Below are positions 28,193-37,295 of a stretch of 37,295 nucleotides of DNA, one piece after another (position 1 is the first letter of the stretch; every line of letters begins with the position of its first letter). A program made the position numbers and the translations under genes. The stretch covers positions 1 through 37,295 of the forward strand of contig JANQTK010000252.1 in NCBI GenBank assembly GCA_030731695.1. Direction: 5' to 3'. Under the pieces are notes generated by a model. That model did no database searches. It was not told the origin of the DNA and worked only from the letters and a program-made list of their open reading frames with translations. This stretch comes from Polaribacter sp. (GTDB taxonomy: Bacteria; Bacteroidota; Bacteroidia; Flavobacteriales; Flavobacteriaceae).

Positions 28193-29671
28193 TTATGCTG
28201 CGATTAATGCTGTTTCTGTTTCTTTTGTGTTTTCTTCAAAAATTTCTGGCTTTGACATGATTGCCATTGATGCATAAATTAATAATGCAGTTGGCATTCC
28301 ACCTAATATTGCGTTTCCGTAAGAAGCTAACATTATTCCTGCCATTCCAGCAATAAGCGCACTCATTTTAATTTTGGTTATTGGATCTCTAATTTTAAAC
28401 ATTACTTTATAACTAGCTGTTCCAATCACAAAAAATAAAATAATTAAATGAAATGTAAGACCAACAATACCTAATTCAGCCCAAATTAAAACATACCAAC
28501 TATCAGTTGCAACATTAGATAGAAAAGCGTAAGGTAAAAAACGCTGAGCCTTGTCTCCTGCATGACCAATACCACCACCAAAAGGTCTGGAAGCTAAATA
28601 TCCTTTTAAAATTTTTTGATTATCAAGCCTTACTTTTAGTGAAGGTTCATTTGGGTCAAAAGCACTGCGCATTCTTCTTACTTGATAGTTTCCATTGGCG
28701 ATTGTAGTATACTTAAAAAATACAAAAAAGAGTGCAAGAAACAACACGCCAGTACTTAGTACTCTTATGTTTTTTCGTAAAACAAAAAATGTCATTAATC
28801 CAGCTAAAGGAACTGCAATTGAACCTCTTGTTCCAGAAATCATCATCCCATAAAAACCTAGTAATCCAACAGTTAAGAAGAATATTTTTGAAAATCCTTT
28901 TTTAGCCATCGAGTAAATTAAAAAAACAACTCCTGCATAGGCTTGATTTCCTCCAAATTGCCCTGCATCACTAAAAAATGAAAAAACTCTCAGCTTGCCA
29001 AATAATACATGAGTTTCTGCACCTCCATTATCTAGCCAAGCTTGTTCAGCATAATCAACTCCAAAAAGCATCTGAAATGTTCCTTTTAATGTAGCAAGTA
29101 TGGAGAATATTCCCCATACATATAAAAATGCATCCAATTTTTTATTGGTATCAATGAGCATAAAGGTTAGTATAACAAAGAAAAAGAAATAGAAACCAAT
29201 ACCTCTTCCTGCAATCCAAGGTTCTATCATTCTAGCTTCTGGATTTACAAGTTGTAATATGCAATATACCATCCAAATGCCTGCTAAAATAGTAATGGTT
29301 TTATTTGCTGGAGACCAATCAACTCTTTCTCTAAATCTCGAAAAGATAATTGCTAAAAAAGTAAAAACCATGATTCCGTCAATTGCAAATCCTAATGGCA
29401 ATCCTTGAATATATCTTCCAATTCCTAGAATGACAAAATTTACTCCAATAGCTGTGTAAAAACCAATAATGGGTTTTTTAAATAAAAAATAGAAGTAGAT
29501 TATGCCAAAAAACAGCGCAAATAAAAGTCCTATACCAACAATTTTTAATTTTGCTAAAAGCAATGCAATACAAATAACGCCACCAAAAAGCAGTAAAATT
29601 CCTTTCGGGTTTACTAAACTAGCAGAACCTGAAGGTTTTTCGAATGGATTTATTTGGTCGTTTGAAATCAA
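28193..29671 (-). CDS. O-antigen ligase/Wzy-like polymerase
   Basis: Many TM helices, SGTRG, periplasmic loop R...PFGGGIG...DSWY...WAELGIVG. TTG start overlaps the flippase stop. Confidence 0.8.
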   Translation of the reverse strand: MISNDQINPFEKPSGSASLVNPKGILLLFGGVICIALLLAKLKIVGIGLLFALFFGIIYFYFLFKKPIIGFYTAIGVNFVILGIGRYIQGLPLGFAIDGIMVFTFLAIIFSRFRERVDWSPANKTITILAGIWMVYCILQLVNPEARMIEPWIAGRGIGFYFFFFVILTFMLIDTNKKLDAFLYVWGIFSILATLKGTFQMLFGVDYAEQAWLDNGGAETHVLFGKLRVFSFFSDAGQFGGNQAYAGVVFLIYSMAKKGFSKIFFLTVGLLGFYGMMISGTRGSIAVPLAGLMTFFVLRKNIRVLSTGVLFLALFFVFFKYTTIANGNYQVRRMRSAFDPNEPSLKVRLDNQKILKGYLASRPFGGGIGHAGDKAQRFLPYAFLSNVATDSWYVLIWAELGIVGLTFHLIILFFVIGTASYKVMFKIRDPITKIKMSALIAGMAGIMLASYGNAILGGMPTALLIYASMAIMSKPEIFEENTKETETALIAA

Positions 29672-31035
29672 AATTTATTTATATAGCGATTATTTGTTAT
29701 TTTATTGAATATGTTTTTGTAGAAGGTGATTCCACTTGAAAAAATTTCTTTGTAGGATAAAGACAATTCTTTGTCTAAAAAATACATTCCCATCCAAATG
29801 CCAATTATTGTAAAAACAATAGATGCAACTGCTACTAGAATTAAAGATTTAAAAATAAATATGGCTATAAAATCTCCAATGACATTTGCTACAACCATTA
29901 CAAATACTTTAATCGCATTTATATTTGGCTTGTTAATGCTATCTAATCCAATTCCTGTCATTCTATCTATAGGTAATAAAAGACCGTAAATAGAAAACAC
30001 ACGAACAATATCAACAACATTAAAACCAGTTATTGGATCTACTTCTAAATATTGATTTCCTGATAAAACCAACACTAAGAATTCAGCAAACACAAAAGTA
30101 AACAGACTCATAATTACAAATAAATAAGTCAAAGCTCCTGAATAGCTGTAAAATAATTCTCTGACTTCAGAAATTTTTCCTTGAACACTTGCTTTAGACA
30201 TTTTTGGAAAAGCAGTTGCTACAAAACTTCGCAAAGGGATTTGCTGTAATTCCGTTAATTTTAATGGGATACTGTAAAGTGCAACAGCTGCATTTCCCAT
30301 AGGACTTAAGCTGATAATTAAGGTATCTGCACTTCTTAATAAATTGGTTCCAATTAATGTAAACGTTGTATATTTTCCAAAATCTAATAAGGTTTTATTA
30401 GTTTGTGAGGTTGCTTTTGTAATTAATTTTGTGCCATCCCAACCTAAAATTATAGTTAGTAATGATGTAAATCCGTTTATGATGAGTAAGGCAATGACTA
30501 GTTGATTTAAATCCATTTTGAAAAAAAAGAAATTGATTAAAATCACTAAAAAGAAAAGTCCGCTATTGATGGATTTTACAATTAAAATTTTATCATACTT
30601 CCTGTCTGCTTGCAAAACAACTAAGGCATTATTCCATGGAAGATTAAGAAAAGCTAATAATGGATACCATTTAAAAAATAAATTATAACCAGAATTGCTA
30701 ATTGCGTCATTAAAAAAAGTATAAAAAAATACTAGTATTACTGCAATTAAAATGGTTGCTCCTAAACCAATCAACGCATTGGATCCAATTAATTTTGCTC
30801 TTGAGGTTTCATCTGCTCCAGATAAAAAGCGGATCAATCCTGTGTTTGTGATTCCAAATCGAAACATTTCTACAAAAGAGCCACCTGTTATAAACAAAAC
30901 CCATTCACCAAATACATTTAATGTTAAACTTCTTGCGAGCAAAGCAAAACCACTAATGCCTAAAAATGCAATAATTAGGTTTCCTGTTAATGACAAGAAA
31001 TTATCCTCTTTTGCTAATTTTTTTAGCATTTTCAT
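29668..31035 (-). CDS. wzx: Oligosaccharide flippase (Wzx/MOP family)
   Basis: LARSL....FG.W, multiple TM helices, D.LI.......AVALYS motif, EPS context. Confidence 0.82.
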   Translation of the reverse strand: MKMLKKLAKEDNFLSLTGNLIIAFLGISGFALLARSLTLNVFGEWVLFITGGSFVEMFRFGITNTGLIRFLSGADETSRAKLIGSNALIGLGATILIAVILVFFYTFFNDAISNSGYNLFFKWYPLLAFLNLPWNNALVVLQADRKYDKILIVKSINSGLFFLVILINFFFFKMDLNQLVIALLIINGFTSLLTIILGWDGTKLITKATSQTNKTLLDFGKYTTFTLIGTNLLRSADTLIISLSPMGNAAVALYSIPLKLTELQQIPLRSFVATAFPKMSKASVQGKISEVRELFYSYSGALTYLFVIMSLFTFVFAEFLVLVLSGNQYLEVDPITGFNVVDIVRVFSIYGLLLPIDRMTGIGLDSINKPNINAIKVFVMVVANVIGDFIAIFIFKSLILVAVASIVFTIIGIWMGMYFLDKELSLSYKEIFSSGITFYKNIFNKITNNRYINKF

Positions 31036-31047
31036 CAGCTTGATTGT

Positions 31048-33429
31048 TTAAATGTGATTTTTTGATAAAAATTGAAATTTGAATATTGATTTTAATTTTT
31101 TTCTGATTTTTGTTCGCTTTTTAGGCAAGTCACCTAAAACAGATTCTATTTCGTTAATATGAACTCCGTTTATAATTAAATTAATTTTTGATGCACAAGT
31201 TTCAATTAAATTTTTAGTTGCAGATTTATCAGCATCAGACCAAATTCTATTTGAACGACAAACAAGGATGTTTAAATCAGCATTTTTAATTAATTCTATT
31301 GGATATTTATGATAGATAATTGCTGGTAATTCAATGATTACAAAATCAGGAGTATTATTGATTTCTATAGAATTTGATTTTAAAAAATCAGTATAATTTT
31401 TTGCGTCGAAGAAATTAGTATTCATCTCATAAAAACGAAACTCATCATCTGATAGATATGTTGAAATATCAGCCAAAAATGGATTTTCAAAATCAATTCT
31501 TGGGTCTTGATATCCAAAAATTTTGTGTAGAATTGGAGATTTTCGTTTATTTTTTAGGTGTTTTTGTTTTTCTTTATGGTTTAAAACAAATACTTTTTTT
31601 CCTTCTTTTTTTAATGATTTGGCAATGTTTCCAGTGATTACTGTTTTACCTTCCATACTTTGGGTACTAAAAACAACAATTGTTTTTGGTCTGTTAAGTA
31701 TTTCTTTTGTTGAAAAATATTGAATGATATTTTGAGTTATGGTTTCTATCAATCTATTTTGAATAAAGGGTAAATTGATATTTCCTGGATTAAGTAAAAT
31801 TTTAGGAATCATTCCTAATGAACTAAGTCCTATATTTTTACTAGCAATTTTGCTGTTTCTTAAAGTATCATCAAAATACTCCATAACAAAAATAATTGCC
31901 AAAGTTAATAGTCCACCTAAAAAGGCAGCTGCAATAATTAAGATGGCTCTTTTTGTTGGATTAGGAGTTAAAGGGAAAAATGGAGAATCTATAGTTTTTA
32001 AATTAGAGGACATTTCACTGTCTTGTAATTTAAGTTTTGCTAAATTTAATCCGTGAAGTATTTCTAAATAACCTTGTTCTGCAACAGAAATTTCACGTTC
32101 AAGTCTTTTCATATTCGCTCCTGCAGGCGCATATTCTGCATAAACTTCTTTAAAGTCATTATTTTGACCATTTATTACATTTATTTGCGCTTTTAATTTT
32201 TCCGATTCAACAACATTGTTTATCCAATCTGGAAGCACTTTAGATATTGGCAAGCCGTCAATAGAATTTTGATAGGTATATAATTCGTCAACACCTTTTT
32301 TGATGTCACTAATCAACACTTCAGATTGAATTTTTAGTTTGTCTAATTTTAAAATATCTTGTTGCTTATTGCTAGATTCAATTTCGGATTGTGTTAATGC
32401 AATTTTAAAATTCAAATCCCCTAAATCTCTTTTCTTTTTTAGTAGAATATTACTTTTTTCTTGAATAATTTCTTGAATTTTTATTTTTTCTTCTAATTTT
32501 TTGGTTCCTGCATTAACTCCTGCTAATTCTGCTGTAATTTTTTTGTAATTAACATCCATTTCTTCTTTTACAACGGCAACAGCTTTACTTTGTTCATAGT
32601 AATTTATGATATTAGAACTTTTGTTGAATTCGAGCAATTTGTCTTCAGCATCTTTTAAAAATCCTCGCGCTTTTTCAAGTTCATTTTCAAAATATTTTAC
32701 AACAGCATCAGATCTATTTTCTTTGATGCTTTTATAATTTATAATACAAACTTGATTATAAATAGAAAGCGTTTGCTGGCATATTCCTGGGTCATTAACA
32801 GTATAACTTAGTTTCATTAAATCACTACTATTAATTCTTTGTGCTTTTATTTCGGAAATTGCTTTTAAGGAATAATGCTTATCCTCCCCATAATTTAGCA
32901 GTTCATACACAAAATTATCACTGCCGCTTTTCATTAAGGCTTTTAAATTTGAAACTGTTTTTTCATAATTTTTCCGATTTATTTCACTTGGAAATGGCTC
33001 ATAATGATAATTATTCAATTGATCAGGATCTATGTCAGTAACATTTCCTGTGGAAACATATTTATAAATATCTTTTGGAATTTTTTTTTGAAATTCAATA
33101 AAATGCTCTTGAGAAATATATTTTGGATTTGCCTCTGGTAACATTAAGTGTTGTGCCAATAATCTTATAGCAACTTCTTCTTGAGTTTCTCTTGAATTGA
33201 TAATGTTTATCAAATTATCAAAAGCAGTATTTGTTGCTTGATAATTGAAAGTTTTATCCATTTCAATTGATGAGCCACTTGCAAGACCAGTATATAATAG
33301 AGTTTCAGAAGAATATTTAAAAGAAGGATTTGTGGTAAGTAAAATTACCAAACATCCTAAAAATATAGGAACAACAATAAGTAAAACAATGTGTTTTAAA
33401 ATTAATCTTATAAAATCAATGATAGCCAT
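31048..33429 (-). CDS. Polysaccharide co-polymerase, GumC/Wzc-like, with degenerate kinase domain
   Basis: Two TM helices flanking a long coiled-coil periplasmic region, cytoplasmic P-loop EGKT. Confidence 0.82.
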   Translation of the reverse strand: MAIIDFIRLILKHIVLLIVVPIFLGCLVILLTTNPSFKYSSETLLYTGLASGSSIEMDKTFNYQATNTAFDNLINIINSRETQEEVAIRLLAQHLMLPEANPKYISQEHFIEFQKKIPKDIYKYVSTGNVTDIDPDQLNNYHYEPFPSEINRKNYEKTVSNLKALMKSGSDNFVYELLNYGEDKHYSLKAISEIKAQRINSSDLMKLSYTVNDPGICQQTLSIYNQVCIINYKSIKENRSDAVVKYFENELEKARGFLKDAEDKLLEFNKSSNIINYYEQSKAVAVVKEEMDVNYKKITAELAGVNAGTKKLEEKIKIQEIIQEKSNILLKKKRDLGDLNFKIALTQSEIESSNKQQDILKLDKLKIQSEVLISDIKKGVDELYTYQNSIDGLPISKVLPDWINNVVESEKLKAQINVINGQNNDFKEVYAEYAPAGANMKRLEREISVAEQGYLEILHGLNLAKLKLQDSEMSSNLKTIDSPFFPLTPNPTKRAILIIAAAFLGGLLTLAIIFVMEYFDDTLRNSKIASKNIGLSSLGMIPKILLNPGNINLPFIQNRLIETITQNIIQYFSTKEILNRPKTIVVFSTQSMEGKTVITGNIAKSLKKEGKKVFVLNHKEKQKHLKNKRKSPILHKIFGYQDPRIDFENPFLADISTYLSDDEFRFYEMNTNFFDAKNYTDFLKSNSIEINNTPDFVIIELPAIIYHKYPIELIKNADLNILVCRSNRIWSDADKSATKNLIETCASKINLIINGVHINEIESVLGDLPKKRTKIRKKLKSIFKFQFLSKNHI

Positions 33430-33433
33430 GTTC

Positions 33434-34177
33434 TTATTTTTTTAGGTCAAATACAAATCCAGCTATATCTTCTAGCAATTGTTTAGCGGTTATAAAATCA
33501 GATTTTGCTATTTCATAATCTGCTTCTAAATTTGCACTCATACCAGTAATCCTTACATATTCTGATATTGGCACGATTCCATTTCTAAATTCTTTTTCAA
33601 CCATTTCCATATTCACTCTACCATCACCCAAACTTCTTGATCGTATTTGAAGTAATTTTTGTTTTAAAATTAAGTCTTGATATAACCTGATAACAGTTTG
33701 TCTTATTTCTTCTTTTGTGAAATCTGCCATACTTTTTGCTTCATCAACCTCTAATAATGCAAGCTTAATTTGATTTTTTCTGTTTAGCACATCAAAAACA
33801 GGAAACTTTAAATATACTCCTACACTGTAGTTGAATTGTCTTGAAATTGTTAAGGCAGCAGTATTTGTTGCACCATCGTCATTCATGGCAAAATTGCTTA
33901 AATTTCCATATCTAGTATCTGCTTGAATTCCAAAATTTCGAGTCCAATAAATACGTTCAGAGGCTAGTGTAGATTCTGTTACACCAATATGATTATTTCT
34001 AAATTTAAGCATTGCACTATGTTTTAAAGCAGAATCAATAACAACTTCTAAGGGCGGAAACTTAAATTCTATTCCTTTTAATGAAATATCATTTAATTCA
34101 TTGTTTTGAGCTTTTATAGTATGAAATGAAACTATAAAAAAACAAATTGAGCAAAGTAAACTAAAAGATTTGTTCAT
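33434..34177 (-). CDS. Short TolC/outer-membrane efflux family protein
   Basis: Signal peptide, LEVVIDSALKHS helix, beta-hairpin ending LKFPVFD, RLYQDL and FRNG helices. Only 247 aa. Confidence 0.75.
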   Translation of the reverse strand: MNKSFSLLCSICFFIVSFHTIKAQNNELNDISLKGIEFKFPPLEVVIDSALKHSAMLKFRNNHIGVTESTLASERIYWTRNFGIQADTRYGNLSNFAMNDDGATNTAALTISRQFNYSVGVYLKFPVFDVLNRKNQIKLALLEVDEAKSMADFTKEEIRQTVIRLYQDLILKQKLLQIRSRSLGDGRVNMEMVEKEFRNGIVPISEYVRITGMSANLEADYEIAKSDFITAKQLLEDIAGFVFDLKK

Positions 34178-34200
34178 TTTTTTTAAATAAATTTTAGAGT

Positions 34201-35406
34201 TTAAACAGTATCAGATTGAAATAATGCAGGTATTGTTCTTAAAATAAGTTTAATATCGTACCAAAAAGAGTAATTATCTCCTACAAATTGATCAGCGTAT
34301 TCATTATCTAAACGCATTCTTTCTTCTTCCGACATTTTTCCGCCTTTTCCTCTCAGTTCCACTTGCCATAAACCTGTAATTCCTGGAGGTGCTAAAAAAC
34401 GTTTTGACAAGTCATCTCCTGTCAACATTTCTGCTTCATAAACTGGCAAAGGTCTATTGCCAACAATAGACATGTCTCCTTTTAATACATTGATAAGTTG
34501 CGGAAGTTCATCAATACTTGTGTTACGAATAAATTTACCCACTTTTGTAATTCTTGGATCGTCAACAATTTTAACAAATGTAGAATTGCTTTTTGCTGCT
34601 TCGCGTTTTTGAATATTAAACCAATAATCACAAATTTGATGGGTATCAATGTACATAATTGGCGAGCATGTTTCACCTTCTGGCAATGCACTACATTTTG
34701 GACAAGGAATGTCTAATAAATTAACTTCTGATTTTACTTCTTCTTTTTTGTATTGATTTTTTTCAGCAGCTAATTTTTTTAATAATTCGTCTGATCCTGT
34801 TCGCATGGATCTAAGTTTATAAAAATCGAATGTTTTTCGTCCAACTCGTTTTGAAATGTAATAGACTTTTCCTTTTGATTCAAGTCTAATGGCTAAAATT
34901 ATTAAAAGTAAAAAAGGAGAAGCTATTAATAAAACTGTTGATGCAACTACGATATCAAAAATACGTTTCGAAAGTGGCATTTTGTAATCTTCGTCTTTAA
35001 CTTTGATTTTTGATGCGGATGTTTTACTAAAAGGTTTTTTATGAGTGCAAAGATAGCTCACTCTTTCTAAAATGTCCTTTGGATTTGAAACGGATGGCAC
35101 ATAAAAATCATCTATTTTTTTATTGAATGCTAATTTATAAATGTCAACGCTAAATTCTTTTGACAATAACACAAATGGAATAGCATCGAAATCACTTTGA
35201 GCTCTTATCCAATCATAAAGAAAAATTCCGGTATTTCCTGGTAGATAATAGTCGCAAATTATAGCATCTATTTTTTCTTGCGATTGCAGATGCTTAGTTG
35301 CTTTAATACTATTTTCTAGCCTTGTAATCGCCCAGTTTTCATTAATTTCTGAGGTAAAATAATCTGCATTATTACCAATATATAAAATGTTGCGTTTTGA
35401 GCTCAT
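34201..35406 (-). CDS. Priming sugar (phosphoglycosyl) transferase with N-terminal receiver-like domain
   Basis: KRIFDI, YKLRSM, DDPRITKVG, SIDELPQLINVLKGDMSIVGNRP, PGITGLWQV. N-terminal IICDYYLPGNTG. Confidence 0.92.
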   Translation of the reverse strand: MSSKRNILYIGNNADYFTSEINENWAITRLENSIKATKHLQSQEKIDAIICDYYLPGNTGIFLYDWIRAQSDFDAIPFVLLSKEFSVDIYKLAFNKKIDDFYVPSVSNPKDILERVSYLCTHKKPFSKTSASKIKVKDEDYKMPLSKRIFDIVVASTVLLIASPFLLLIILAIRLESKGKVYYISKRVGRKTFDFYKLRSMRTGSDELLKKLAAEKNQYKKEEVKSEVNLLDIPCPKCSALPEGETCSPIMYIDTHQICDYWFNIQKREAAKSNSTFVKIVDDPRITKVGKFIRNTSIDELPQLINVLKGDMSIVGNRPLPVYEAEMLTGDDLSKRFLAPPGITGLWQVELRGKGGKMSEEERMRLDNEYADQFVGDNYSFWYDIKLILRTIPALFQSDTV

Positions 35407-35444
35407 GGGGTAGTGCTATTTTAGTTGCAATTTTGTGTTTAATT

Positions 35445-35831
35445 TTACCATTCTATTGCATAATGAATTGGGTACAGGTTTTTCTTAACCAATTCTTCAA
35501 GTTCTTCAGGATTAAATGGTTTTGTAAGATAATCTTGAGCGCCAAGCCTATAACATTTGATACGTTCTTTACTTTCTGATCTTCCAGACAACATAATAAC
35601 AGGGGTATGTTTTGTAAAACCTCGTTGACGTACTTTTACTAAAAAATCATAACCATCCATATTGGGCATTTGAATATCGCTGATTACTAAATCAGGAATA
35701 TTGCCATCAAGCCATTCAAGTGCTTCAGAAGCATCATGTAATGTAACTACATCATAATCTTGAGAAAGAAAATTCTGTAATAACAAACAAATACTTATTT
35801 CGTCATCTAAGACTAATATTTTTTTCTTCAT
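35445..35831 (-). CDS. Single-domain response regulator
   Basis: LVLDDE, ISDIQMP..DG, MLSG, DYLTKPF. No output domain. Confidence 0.95.
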   Translation of the reverse strand: MKKKILVLDDEISICLLLQNFLSQDYDVVTLHDASEALEWLDGNIPDLVISDIQMPNMDGYDFLVKVRQRGFTKHTPVIMLSGRSESKERIKCYRLGAQDYLTKPFNPEELEELVKKNLYPIHYAIEW

Positions 35832-35838
35832 AATTATA

Positions 35839-36219
35839 TCAATTAGTTAATTTAAAATCATCTTTTAATTCAGTTACAACTTGATTTGTCATTAACTGAA
35901 GCGTTTTTATTTTTAAGTCTAATTCGGTTGAAGTAATCTCTTTTGCAATTAAAAGCTCTGTATCTATAAACTCTTTTTCCAGTTTAGCAGTTCCAAAATA
36001 GGTTAACGTAGGTTTAATTTTATGAGCTAAACTCTTAATTTTTAAAAAATCATTTTCAGTATAAGCTTGTTCAATTTCTACTATTGATTTTGAAATTTGA
36101 TCAATAAATACGTTAACCATATTTAAAATTTGAGTTTCATTTCCACGACACATCATTTCAATCATATCAAGTTTATATGACTTTTCATTTGAATGATCTA
36201 AATTTGGGGGTAGGCTCAT
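35839..36219 (-). CDS. Hpt (histidine phosphotransfer) domain protein
   Basis: All-helical, LAHKIKPTLTYFG His motif. Confidence 0.82.
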   Translation of the reverse strand: MSLPPNLDHSNEKSYKLDMIEMMCRGNETQILNMVNVFIDQISKSIVEIEQAYTENDFLKIKSLAHKIKPTLTYFGTAKLEKEFIDTELLIAKEITSTELDLKIKTLQLMTNQVVTELKDDFKLTN

Positions 36220-36284
36220 TAGGATAATTATTTAAGACTGAAATTTAAAATTTATTTTTAAAGCATTTGAAATAGATTTTATAA

Positions 36285-37223
36285 TCAAACAATTTTCTTG
36301 AAAAAATCAATTGTTTTTATCAATCCCTCTTCTAATTGCACTTTTGGTGACCAGTCTAATTCTTTTTTTGCAAGAGAAATGTCTGGTTGTCTTTGCATTG
36401 GATCATCTGAAGGTAATGGTTTGTATATAATTTTTGATTTAGATCCAGTAAGTTCAATTACTTTTTGAGCCAATTCTAAAATTGTAAATTCATTAGGATT
36501 ACCAACATTTACAGGACCTGTAAAACCATCTCTAGAGTTCATCAATCTAATCATTCCTTCAACTAAGTCATCTACATACTGAAAACTTCGAGTTTGATTT
36601 CCTTTTCCATAAACCGTAATATCATGATTTTGTAGTGCTTGAACAATAAAATTTGAAACTACTCTACCATCATTTGGGTGCATTTTAGGTCCGTAAGTAT
36701 TAAAAATTCGTATGATTTTAATATTTACGTTATTTTGCTTGTGATAATTAACAAACAGTGTTTCTGCAGATCGCTTTCCTTCGTCATAACATGCACGATC
36801 TCCAATCGGATTTACGTGTCCCCAATAGGTTTCTTTTTGAGGATGAACCAAAGGATCTCCATAAACTTCACTTGTTGAAGCCTGAAGTATTTTTGCTCCA
36901 ACACGTTTGGCTAGTCCTAGCATATTAACTGCACCCATCACAGATGTTTTCATCGTTTTTATGGGATTGTATTGATAATGAACTGGAGATGCAGGACACG
37001 CTAAATTATAAATTTCATCGGTTTCTATAAAAAAAGGAGAGGTAACATCGTGACGAATTAACTCAAAAAAAGGATTTTCTAAAAGATGAACTACATTTTC
37101 TTTTTGACCCGTAAAAAAATTATCTAAACAATAAACTTCATTACCTTCATTTAATAAACGTTCACATAAATGCGAACCAACAAAACCAGCTCCACCAGTT
37201 ACTAGGATTTTTTTTCTAACCAT
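36285..37223 (-). CDS. uxs: UDP-glucuronate decarboxylase (UDP-xylose synthase)
   Basis: [48 protein letters not shown]. Confidence 0.93.
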   Translation of the reverse strand: MVRKKILVTGGAGFVGSHLCERLLNEGNEVYCLDNFFTGQKENVVHLLENPFFELIRHDVTSPFFIETDEIYNLACPASPVHYQYNPIKTMKTSVMGAVNMLGLAKRVGAKILQASTSEVYGDPLVHPQKETYWGHVNPIGDRACYDEGKRSAETLFVNYHKQNNVNIKIIRIFNTYGPKMHPNDGRVVSNFIVQALQNHDITVYGKGNQTRSFQYVDDLVEGMIRLMNSRDGFTGPVNVGNPNEFTILELAQKVIELTGSKSKIIYKPLPSDDPMQRQPDISLAKKELDWSPKVQLEEGLIKTIDFFKKIV

Positions 37224-37247
37224 TACAGTATTTATTTTTAAAATAGA

Positions 37248-37295
37248 TTATTTTTCTTCTGAAGTGTTAACACCAATACAGAAATATTCAAAGCC
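37248..37295 (-). CDS. 3' end of a gene truncated by the window, probably UDP-glucose 6-dehydrogenase
   Basis: Reads GFEYFCIGVNTSEEK*. GF.Y..IG resembles Ugd C-termini and the gene sits just upstream of uxs. Only 15 residues visible. Confidence 0.55.
   Translation of the reverse strand, partial: GFEYFCIGVNTSEEK

Noticed and set aside
12738-37295. Accessory block as a mobile element
   Set aside because: No integrase, transposase or terminal repeats seen, and no obvious composition shift by eye.

Overview
AT-rich window from a Bacteroidota genome, most likely Flavobacteriaceae (gene order yceD-rpmF-fabH-accB-accC; TAnnTTTG -7 promoters). 1-12.7 kb is core housekeeping: tonB-like, deoC, wbpD-like, aldo/keto reductase, pgk, TspO-like, holB, riboflavin synthase, pdxA, fatty-acid genes and an Lrp/AsnC regulator. 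From about 12.97 kb to the end every gene is on the minus strand. The main block is a ~21 kb Wzx/Wzy-type exopolysaccharide locus (truncated ugd-like end, uxs, Hpt, stand-alone receiver, receiver-fused priming transferase, half-length TolC, degenerate Wzc, Wzx, Wzy-like, PRTase-HAD fusion, four glycosyltransferases, two acyltransferases, Tat-subunit/GMC oxidoreductase, two beta-propellers). It is followed by an LruC-type lipoprotein and a HAD phosphatase. Most notable: (i) a candidate ~85-nt sRNA at ~12864-12947 with its own promoter, 21-bp-periodic upstream boxes and an exposed UUGGGGGAU loop that is complementary to rare C-runs at the starts of several genes of the locus; (ii) an EPS system that, within this window, has a single-repeat TolC rather than Wza and His-Asp relay parts rather than an intact tyrosine kinase/phosphatase; (iii) a PRTase-HAD fusion that could be a ribofuranosyltransferase. 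All calls are from motif reading by eye, with no database searches.
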